A DNA stretch of 64,000 nucleotides, taken from an uncultured Verrucomicrobiae bacterium (lineage in GTDB: Bacteria; Verrucomicrobiota; Verrucomicrobiia; Limisphaerales; Palsa-1400). The notes beneath the pieces were generated by a model, which was not told where the DNA came from, made no database searches, and was given only the letters and a program-made list of their open reading frames with translations. Below are positions 9,591 to 17,633 of the stretch, in pieces; position 1 is the stretch's first letter; each line of letters begins with the position of its first letter. The DNA is taken from NCBI GenBank assembly GCA_963707025.1, contig CAVPOM010000016.1:64001-128000 (forward strand), written 5' to 3'. A program made the translations under genes and the position numbers.

Positions 9591-9992
9591 TCAATGGCTG
9601 CGCGGGCGAAAGGTCAGGCGGAAATCCTTGGCGGTGGGCGCGGGGGCGGTTATGGCCAGGGGAAGGGTCTCGTGGCCGAACAAGGTGCAGGGCGGTGGCT
9701 CCATGACAAGGCCCAGCGAGACGCCCTCCCGGTCCAGCCAATCCACCTGGTAAATAATCGTTTTCGCGGTGGCGCCGAGGTTTTCCACGTCCACCTGGAA
9801 TCTTAAGTAGCCTTGTGTCGGGGGCATGTCTTGAATTCTTTTGACTCGTATAATGCCGTTCAGGGCGGGATCCACCGTCACGCGTTGGTCCGGGAGCGTC
9901 TCGGCGGCCCCGACCGTTTCGCCCGGATGCGGCGCGGGAGCCGAGCACCCGGCCAGAACGAGGCACATCACCAGCAAAGGAGCGGATTTCAT
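9591..9992 (-). CDS. YcfL/DUF1425-like lipoprotein
   Basis: Lipobox LAGC; Y.VDWLD.EG and AP.P.A.DFRL motifs. Confidence 0.75.
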   Translation of the reverse strand: MKSAPLLVMCLVLAGCSAPAPHPGETVGAAETLPDQRVTVDPALNGIIRVKRIQDMPPTQGYLRFQVDVENLGATAKTIIYQVDWLDREGVSLGLVMEPPPCTLFGHETLPLAITAPAPTAKDFRLTFRPRSH

Positions 9993-10323
9993 CTTCCGGG
10001 CAACCTAACCCAACCGCGCCGCAGATTCCATCAGAAACAGAAAGGAAAGAGCCGCGCTTCCCGCGCGCGGCCCGCCCGGTTCCTCCACTTCCCTATACGT
10101 CAGCCGCGCCCACATCTTGCAATGCCGTCCCCGCCTGCTTGGCGCGCGCCTCCGGCCGTGCGGCCCTTGATGCCGCCACCATCCGATTCCCTTAATCTTA
10201 ATCCTAATCTTAATCTCATTCCGTCGCCCCACGAAGCGGGGAGAGGGTTAGGGTGAACTGCGGATTTCCCAATTCGGGATTGGGTCATGGTGCATCATCG
10301 GGTTGTTTTTTTGATCAAACCAA

Positions 10324-11745
10324 TTATTTTTTGGTTTTTTGGTAAGCCATTCCACCGAAACGAGCGCCAGGCACTCCCTCAATTTCACCTCGTTCCGCCA
10401 TTTTACTCAAAATGCGTTTCATTTTATCGCTGTCTTTTATAAAGGTAATTTCACGGGCTTTCTTGTTCCGAATACTATCATTTTTTTCAAGATATTTCAT
10501 AATAGTTTGCTCCGGAGAGGCAAGAGGTTCGTGACGAATAGTTATCAGTAAATCATTATCCCGTTCTTCAATTTCTGGGTCTTTCAATCCGAGTTGGTTC
10601 ATTTTATCGAATGCAGTGTTTAACCCTTCTCCAACATCCCTATTCGGCGGGTCTGGAAATTTATTTAGCAAACGAACAATCGCGCCATTTCGAGCGAAAC
10701 GTTCACGGAGTATGTTTTCCGGAGTTACATGCGCTGGCAACCGACCAGGGCTTTGAACCTCAACACGATTATCGAAAATACGAACATGAATATCATCTGC
10801 GATGCTGTAGTCTCTGTGGATGACCGCATTTGTAATGATTTCGTGAAGCGTTTCTTGAGGATATTTAATTGGTTCCAGTCCTCCACTTCCAAGGTGTGAT
10901 ATTTTTTCAATTTCAGAGATTGTCTCCGCAACTGTTTCTTTAATCTGTTTATAAAGATGCCCCTCAACAGTAATTGGAATGAATGTTAGAACATCACGAA
11001 ACCCCTCTGCATCTTGAGTTTCATAACGATATATTTTTATGCCGCAACGTTTCGGGAGTTGCGCTTGTGGCTCTTCTGCGAACAAGAGCAATCCGGCAAC
11101 AGTTGGCATCTCATTTGTAAGTAATGATTGTTTCCGGAGCCAAGGCTCTGGCTGGGCGTTTGGAACAACGAATTTAAGGTAATCTCTTGTAACGGACGAT
11201 TCTGTGATAATTGTTTTAGGCACCGGAACGGTATGGCCTTCAAATGAAGTAACCCCCTTTGTGAACTCCAAACGACGCAATTCCTGTGCTGACTTTTGAG
11301 GTAAGTTCTGAGCGGCGCGTCGTATATACGCAATGCCGTCAGTAGCTTTAATAATTTCACGAGTTCGATTAACTTGAATGTGTAAAACGACCCCTTTCCT
11401 ACGTGGACAGCGTAAGAAATCATACTGGAAATCCCTGCCAAGCGGGAAATGCTTTTCAAATGGTTGAACATGACCGTTAGCGGCTTCAATATCGGCGAAC
11501 CCGGACCACTCACGCTTCTTGACATTCCCTCCAAGGAGTTGTTCGGAGATTCCTATATAAAGATCGCCTCCATCGGTATTTGCAAATGCGGAAATGGTAT
11601 GGCTAAGTTTTGATGGCGTAATGGGGACGGCTTTAACATCGGAGAACTGGCCTTCTTCAATTTGGGTGATTGCCTCGGCCTCGGTCTCGTTAATTTCGGT
11701 GACAGGCTTTTCGCTGGTAAAAAGACTTGTTTGTGATTCGGACAT
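10324..11745 (-). CDS. AlbA_2/Schlafen + HATPase_c_4 + C-terminal wHTH protein
   Basis: E....DVK, ISAFANTDGGDLYIGI (AlbA_2); YP...LHEIITNAVIHRDY, VEVQSPG.LP, RN..I (HATPase_c_4); start taken at MSESQ, though the ORF extends to 11796. Confidence 0.85.
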   Translation of the reverse strand: MSESQTSLFTSEKPVTEINETEAEAITQIEEGQFSDVKAVPITPSKLSHTISAFANTDGGDLYIGISEQLLGGNVKKREWSGFADIEAANGHVQPFEKHFPLGRDFQYDFLRCPRRKGVVLHIQVNRTREIIKATDGIAYIRRAAQNLPQKSAQELRRLEFTKGVTSFEGHTVPVPKTIITESSVTRDYLKFVVPNAQPEPWLRKQSLLTNEMPTVAGLLLFAEEPQAQLPKRCGIKIYRYETQDAEGFRDVLTFIPITVEGHLYKQIKETVAETISEIEKISHLGSGGLEPIKYPQETLHEIITNAVIHRDYSIADDIHVRIFDNRVEVQSPGRLPAHVTPENILRERFARNGAIVRLLNKFPDPPNRDVGEGLNTAFDKMNQLGLKDPEIEERDNDLLITIRHEPLASPEQTIMKYLEKNDSIRNKKAREITFIKDSDKMKRILSKMAERGEIEGVPGARFGGMAYQKTKK

Positions 11746-11879
11746 ATGTTTTATTACGTTCCGGAAATACGATATATCAGTTTCCGGAAATGTCAAATCG
11801 GAAGTCCGATTTTAACGGAAGTAACGTTACTGATTACAAAAGCAGTTACTTAGAAGCGGTAAATAAACGCGAATGTCCG

Positions 11880-11908
11880 TTGACTACGGCAAGCGGTTGC
11901 GGTATATT
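11880..11908 (+). promoter_or_regulatory. Sigma70-type promoter with palindrome in the spacer
   Basis: TTGACT-N17-TATATT; spacer contains GCAAGCGGTTGC; ATG at 11915 lies 6 nt after the -10. Confidence 0.65.
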
Positions 11909-11914
11909 TGAACC

Positions 11915-12076
11915 ATGAAAAATAAACACGCGCAAGCATTAGGGAGGCTCGGCGGATTGGCCGGGACGGGAAAGGCAAAGGCTCGCAAGGTGACAAGCGA
12001 GCAAGCACGGGCCGCTGTAATGGCCCGTTGGAATAAGCCGGGTGCAAGGAAATCAGATCAAAAAGTGAAAACGTAA
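11915..12076 (+). CDS. 53-aa basic peptide (ALGRLGG...A...ARW type), not in the ORF track
   Basis: Manual translation MKNKHAQALGRLGGLAGTGKAKARKVTSEQARAAVMARWNKPGARKSDQKVKT*. Confidence 0.75.
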   Translation: MKNKHAQALGRLGGLAGTGKAKARKVTSEQARAAVMARWNKPGARKSDQKVKT

Positions 12077-12110
12077 AAACAAAGGCCATGCCAGTGTATT
12101 CAGCACTGGC

Positions 12111-13139
12111 ATGACCGCAACTAAAGGCTTTCGCCTAAAGTCGGAATCTCGTTGGATTCACCGACAGCTTAGAGCAAAGGCCGGAAAAGGTCAAATGGTT
12201 TGTCATCGCTGTCAAACAGAAGCATTTAAATTCGGAATCAATGCCCAGGGCTTTCAACGGTATCGCTGCAAAACTTGCGGCAAAACGTTCGCGGATATTC
12301 AACGCCCTCTCGGTTCAATGCGGGTTGACTCGGAAAAAGCGTACGAGGTCATCCGACTGCTTTGCGAGGGAACGGGCGTCCGGGCCTGTGAACGCCTCAC
12401 AAGATTAAACCGGCGCACGGTGTTGAGCATTTTGGAAGTCGCGGGCCGGAAGTGCGAGCAACTCATGGCGGACAAAGTGCGGGGCGTCCAGGTCAAAGAA
12501 GTCCAGATTGATGAGATTTACGGGTTTGTTGGCTGCCTACAGCAGAACACGACCGGCCCGGAGGATTACAGGCGCGGGGAACAATACGCATATCTGGCGA
12601 TTGACCGCGCATCAAAATTCATCATCCATGCCTATATTGGCAAACGCGACACGGAGAACAGCCGAGACTTTTTGAAGGGATTGAAGCCAAAGATCGCCGG
12701 ACGGTTTCAACTCACTAGCGATGGGTTCAGAGGCTACAGGGCGGTTTATGGCGGTGTTGGTTCAATCTTTGGAGAACAAGTGGATTATGCCACAGAGGAA
12801 AAAACCTTTGGGCAGGCGCAGCGTGGCGTGGCCAGGCGGTTCAACCCGGTTGTGTGCCTCTCTGTTCACCGCAAAGCCCGCATTGGAACGCCGGACATGG
12901 CTCGCGCAACAACCAACCACGCAGAGAGAACGAATCTGTCTGTACGCCTTTTTAATCGCCGGTTCACCCGCAAGACGATGGGATTCAGCCGGAAGCTGGA
13001 AAATCACCGCTGGTCGGTCATCCTGCAATCCATGCACTTCAATTGGTGCCGGGTGCATTCCGCGCACAAACAAACCCCGGCAATGGCGCTTGGACTGGCG
13101 GACCATGTTTGGACAGTGGCGGAATTGCTGGCGGGATAA
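12111..13139 (+). CDS. IS1-family transposase (single ORF: Zn finger, HTH, DDE); start possibly 12195
   Basis: CHRC...QRYRCKTC, QIDE, TSDG...Y, ER.NLS.R..NRRFTRKT.GFSRK..NH and TPAMA.GL.DH.WT motifs. Confidence 0.88.
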   Translation: MTATKGFRLKSESRWIHRQLRAKAGKGQMVCHRCQTEAFKFGINAQGFQRYRCKTCGKTFADIQRPLGSMRVDSEKAYEVIRLLCEGTGVRACERLTRLNRRTVLSILEVAGRKCEQLMADKVRGVQVKEVQIDEIYGFVGCLQQNTTGPEDYRRGEQYAYLAIDRASKFIIHAYIGKRDTENSRDFLKGLKPKIAGRFQLTSDGFRGYRAVYGGVGSIFGEQVDYATEEKTFGQAQRGVARRFNPVVCLSVHRKARIGTPDMARATTNHAERTNLSVRLFNRRFTRKTMGFSRKLENHRWSVILQSMHFNWCRVHSAHKQTPAMALGLADHVWTVAELLAG

Positions 13140-13189
13140 TGGGTTCATTTGCCATTGACTCGCTCTCGTTTTGGCGGTACGGTGGAAGC

Positions 13190-15354
13190 ATGTTATTGAG
13201 CAACACGGAAATCCAAAAAGCGATTGATGAGCACGTTTTGTTCATCACCCCCTTTGAAGAAAAGAAGCTAAAGGGGGCCAGTTACGATCTGGCATTAGGC
13301 CGAGAGGCACTTGTCAGCAATCGTGATGAGAAGGTATTTCTGGGGCCAGATCGCACTCATAGTCTTAAATTGGAAGCGGGCGATTTTGCCCTGGTGCTCA
13401 CCAAAGAATCCCTGAAATTCCCAATGGACATGTGCGGGATGATTGGAATGCGCAGTTCATTGGCCCGAATGGGGCTTATACTTTTGCACGGAATGCAGAT
13501 TGATCCAGGTTTTGAAGGATATTTGCGTTTTGGACTTTACAACGCATCTCCCCGCAAAATCACCCTTGATTATGACGATGATATTTGCATGATTGAATTT
13601 CACAAGCTGGTCCAAGCCGCAACCAAACCTGCCCCGCGAAATGAGGACTTAATTCAAGGCAAAATTCCAGAGGTGGACAGACAGTTCTTACGCACGCTAG
13701 AAACCACCAGCTTGAGTGCATTGTCACAAGACATGAGAACCATGTCTGTGAGTGTTTGAGGTGGACCCCATCCTTTAGACCACGGAGCGCATGAAATAAG
13801 CGCGACTTTTGCCGATTGCTGTCATTACTAATTGTAGTTGACTACTGTTCATTCCGTGTTTCAAAACCCTTTCGAAAGAGAGAACGAGCGATGCGGAGCA
13901 CTGCCCGTCCTCCCTCTCCGTTTTCTTAGGGTTCTCAACTCTACCGCCGCAGGCGGTCTGATTTCAAGCCTTTTCCTGCCGCCTGCCTCTCTGTCAAGTG
14001 CTGCGATCGCTCCTGCCTCTGGCAGGTTGCATCGCTTCCCATTTGGCCGGTTGGGCTCCATGCGTGCCGGGATCAAAATACGCGTCCGCCGGCGTCGCAT
14101 AGCCCAACGCCTGGTGCGGTCGTTCCCGGTTGTAGCCGTCAAACCACCGGCCCAGTCCGCGCCCTGCCGCCAACCCGTCGCCATAGTCTTGCAAATAAAT
14201 GTCCTCATACTTGGCGCTCCGCCACAGCCGCTCGATAAACCGGTTGTCCATCCAGCGACCCCGTCCGTCCATGCTCACGTCCACCCCCGCCGATTCCACC
14301 GCATCAATAAACATCGGGGAGGTGAACTGCGATCCCTGGTCGGTATTGGAAATCAACGGCGCCTGACGCCCCGCCCGCAACGCCGCCTCCCAAGCGTCCA
14401 CACAAAAGTCCGCCTCCAACGTGTTGCTCAAGCGCCATCCCAGCACGTAACGACTCCGCCAATCCATCACCGCCACCAAATACATAAACCCAGTTGCCAT
14501 AGGCACATACGTAATGTCCGAACACCAAACCTGATCCGGTCCCGTCACTGCCAAATTGCGTAACAGATACGGATAAATCTGGTGCCCCATCTCCCGCAGA
14601 CTCGTCTTGGGCTTGGCGTAAATCGCCTCGATCCCCATCAACCGCAGCAGCCGCACCACCCGTTTGCGATTGATGGTCAAACCCTCCCGGCGCAACAGCA
14701 CGGTCAGTTTGCGGCTGCCATAAACCGGGTGGTCCAAATGCATCTGGTCCAACCGCCGCATCAGCGCCAGGTTCTCCTCTGTCTCCGGACAGCACTGGTA
14801 ATAATAACTGCCACGGCACACCGCCAGCAGCTCGCACTGGCGCCGCACGCTGAGCTGCGGATCGGGAGCGATTAAACATGTTAAAGCCCCAGTTGCCTGG
14901 ACTTTTTTTTAAGCCAGTCCAAGTCCACCGTCAGTTGGCCAATCTTCTCATGCAGTTGGGCAATCAACTGTTCCTGATCCTCCGTGCGGGGTTGCCCGGG
15001 CTCAAACAATTCGGGCATGTGATCCCGAATCGTCGCCCGCCACTGCGTGACCTGCGCCGGATGCACCGCATACTCTCGCGCCAATTGCGCGACCGTCTTC
15101 AGCCCCACCAGGGCTTCGAATCCCACTTTGGCCTTGAAGGCCGCACTGTGTCTTTTCCGTTTTGCTTTCATAAGTCTGCTCTTTCTTATCTACAGCAAAC
15201 CGGCAAAAATCGAAACTTACCTGTGGTCTAAAAATAGGGGTCCAGCTCAGTTTCCCAACTGGCAAACACCCAGAAATGGTTTATCATTCCAGGCATTGTT
15301 GCGATTTTGGTGGGCGTTATTACCGCCGTTCTCACTGCCATTTTCAAGAAATAA
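13190..15354 (+). pseudogene. dCTP deaminase/dUTPase-fold protein with C-terminal TM helix, split by IS3 (13190-13756 + 15253-15354)
   Basis: ASYDL.LG, RSSLAR.GL and IDPGF.G motifs; removing the IS3 and one GTT restores the frame ...MSVSV-SQLANTQKWFIIPGIVAILVGVITAVLTAIFKK*. Confidence 0.85.
13757..15249 (-). mobile_element. IS3-family element, copy 2 (OrfA 14881-15171, OrfB 13994-14848)
   Basis: Near-identical to 1582-3075 with the same IRs; 3-bp TSD GTT at 13754-13756 and 15250-15252. Confidence 0.95.
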
Positions 15355-15364
15355 CCCTTTGCGT

Positions 15365-15733
15365 ATGTCTTTCCTGCCAGCCGCACAACGAGAGATAGGC
15401 AAGCGTCAACCGGGGGATCCTGTGCGCATGACGCTGGAATACATGGTGCGCCATGCAGTCGGGAGACATAACGCTGTGCCGTTAAGGGATATTGTGGATC
15501 ATCTGAACAATCAAGGACTGACCGTCACGGAAACTGGATTTCAGCAAACAATCCTCGCAGAATCCAGAAGTGGAGATTATTATATAGGGTCGGGCCACAG
15601 GGGATATTTCCTGATAGACACAATTGACGATGCCCGCGTGATGAAATCTTTTTACGAAGCTCGGATTCGGAAAGAAAACCAAAATCTTAATAATTTGCAC
15701 CGGCAGTCCACGGTCATCGGCTGGATTCTCTGA
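15365..15733 (+). CDS. Hypothetical 122-aa protein, possible winged-HTH
   Basis: ATG 10 nt after the restored Dcd-like stop; G..NAV...I..HL.... and IGS..RGYFLI.T pattern followed by an amphipathic helix. Confidence 0.6.
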   Translation: MSFLPAAQREIGKRQPGDPVRMTLEYMVRHAVGRHNAVPLRDIVDHLNNQGLTVTETGFQQTILAESRSGDYYIGSGHRGYFLIDTIDDARVMKSFYEARIRKENQNLNNLHRQSTVIGWIL

Positions 15734-15846
15734 AGATCGTTCCGTTTAACCCCCCATCACATCTCCGCCAGCACAATCTGCGAAGTGGCAATGCGTTGTC
15801 GCTGCTTGCCTTAGGAAACAACCCGGAAGCGCACCATGACCCGGGA

Positions 15847-15876
15847 TTGACATGAGTAATAAGTGAGGACTATATT
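15847..15876 (+). promoter_or_regulatory. Sigma70-like promoter for the Ig-domain gene; -35 overlaps the transposon TSD
   Basis: TTGACA-N18-TATATT. Confidence 0.5.
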
Positions 15877-16182
15877 GTTGGCTGGAGCTTAACAACAGAA
15901 ACCCAAAGGTTTTTGCATGCAATCTTTAACACTCTTCCGGCGGCACGTCTGCATCGCCGCTTTATCCGCGTCTCTTTTCGCCCTGCCCGCGGCGGGGCAG
16001 TCGCAGTCCAACAACGCGTTTTCCATCGTTATCAGCGAACCGACCAATGGCTCGGCCTTTGTCAGCCCGGTCACCGTCCATATCACCGCTTCGGTGTACG
16101 ATGCGACGGATGCGGTTGCCTCCGTCGTGTTTTCGGCAAACCCTCCGCCACCCCTGGAAGGGCCCAGTTTGTTGTTGGGAAA

Positions 16183-17633
16183 CACAGCCATCCCACAGGA
16201 AATTGGAAAAGAGTGTTGGCTTGACCATTTGAACCTGCCACAAGGCAGGCATGAAAAACAAAAAAATCAAACCAACACGGTCCCGGTTTAACGTTTTGCG
16301 CCAGATTTGCAATCTCATTCCTGCGCATGAAGTCTCCAAAATAGCGCGGGAGACCGGGGCTCTGGATAAGTCGCGCACCTTCAGTCCGTGGAGTCACACG
16401 GTCAGTTTGCTGGACGCGCAACTCACCCATTGCATCGGACTCAACGATCTGTGCGACTCGCTGCAATTGCATTCCGGGCCGCTGTCCACTTTGCGCGGCG
16501 CCAGCGCCCCCAGCCGCAACGGCCTCTCCCACGCCAACCGGGAGCGTCCGGCCCAGATGGCCGAACAACTCTTCTGGCGGGTCCTGGAGCATTTGAAAGC
16601 ACAGACGCCCGGCTTTGCCGCGGGCCAGCGCCGTGGCCCCGCCTTCCGTTTCAAGATGCCCATCCATGTGATTGATAGCACGACCATGGAACTGGTGGCC
16701 AACTGCCTGGACTGGGCCAAGCACCGCCGGCGCAAGGCCGCCGCCAAAACCCATATGCGGTTGAATCTGCAGAATCTTTTGCCCGGTTTTGTCATTGTGG
16801 ACACTGCCGCCGAGCACGACAACCGACGGGCGCGGGAACTGTGCGCCGACTTGAAGAGCGGCGAAATCGCCTTGTTCGACAAGGGTTATGTGGACTTCGG
16901 CCACTTGCGGGATTTGGACGGGCGCGGGGTCTTTTGGGTGACGCGGGCCAAGGAGAACATGGGCTATGAGGTGGTGCGGAAAATGCCCGCCTCCAGAGAC
17001 CCGAAGATTTTGCGCGACGAAGTGATCGTCCTGAGCAACGAGAACAAACCCGCGCCGGAGTTGATGCGCCGGGTGGTGGCGCTGGTCGAGATTGATGGAG
17101 AGGAACGGGAAATGACCTTCCTGACCAACAACCTGGAGTGGAGTCCGCGCAGCGTGGCCGACCTTTACCGCTGCCGCTGGCAGATCGAAGTCTTCTTCAA
17201 ACAAATCAAGCAGACCTTGCAGTTGGCGGATTTTCTGGGCCACAACGCCAACGCCGTGCGCTGGCAGGTGTGGACGGCGCTGTTGACCTACGTGCTGTTG
17301 CGCTACCTCAGTCACCTCTCCAACTGGGCGCACAGCTTCACCCGGCTGTTCACGATTTTGCGGGCGGCGCTCTGGGAGAAATATGATCTGCTCAATTTGC
17401 TGGCGTGCTATGGGACAGCAGGCGGCAGCTTTCGCCACTTGGCGCGGCCCGAGCAGGCGTATTTCCCCGGCTTCCAATAAAGCTATGGGACAGCACACGC
17501 GCCCAAACAGGCGCATACCAAACCCAAAAGCCAAACTCGGAAAAATCAAAATCTCATTTTACCCCGAAGACCAATTAAACCCTTGCAAATGAACAGGTCA
17601 GCACCAGACTTTTCCCCTTATGAGACGGGTGTG
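16183..17633 (+). mobile_element. IS4-family element, copy 2 (complete)
   Basis: Imperfect IRs CACAGCCATCCCACAGG / CACACCCGTCTCATAAG; 9-bp TSD GTTGGGAAA at 16174-16182 and 17634-17642. Confidence 0.93.
16251..17480 (+). CDS. IS4-family transposase
   Basis: IDST, FDKGY and YRCRWQIE.FFK.IKQ motifs. Confidence 0.93.
   Translation: MKNKKIKPTRSRFNVLRQICNLIPAHEVSKIARETGALDKSRTFSPWSHTVSLLDAQLTHCIGLNDLCDSLQLHSGPLSTLRGASAPSRNGLSHANRERPAQMAEQLFWRVLEHLKAQTPGFAAGQRRGPAFRFKMPIHVIDSTTMELVANCLDWAKHRRRKAAAKTHMRLNLQNLLPGFVIVDTAAEHDNRRARELCADLKSGEIALFDKGYVDFGHLRDLDGRGVFWVTRAKENMGYEVVRKMPASRDPKILRDEVIVLSNENKPAPELMRRVVALVEIDGEEREMTFLTNNLEWSPRSVADLYRCRWQIEVFFKQIKQTLQLADFLGHNANAVRWQVWTALLTYVLLRYLSHLSNWAHSFTRLFTILRAALWEKYDLLNLLACYGTAGGSFRHLARPEQAYFPGFQ

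Larger units (their letters stand above)
10283..15841. mobile_element. IS1-family cargo (transporter) transposon with passenger genes, interrupted by IS3 copy 2
   Basis: Left end GGTCATGGTGCATCATCGGGTTGTTT (10283); right end reverse complement GGTCATGGTGCGCTTCCGGGTTGTTT (ends 15841); 8-bp direct repeat CGGGATTG at 10275-10282 and 15842-15849; lower GC inside. Confidence 0.9.

Noticed and set aside
13043..13189. N-terminal extension of the Dcd-like ORF
   Set aside because: Overlaps the transposase end; the Dcd-like sequence and a promoter point to ATG 13190
15047..15364. N-terminal extension of ORF 15047-15733
   Set aside because: It is antisense IS3 sequence plus the out-of-frame Dcd tail; the real start is probably 15365
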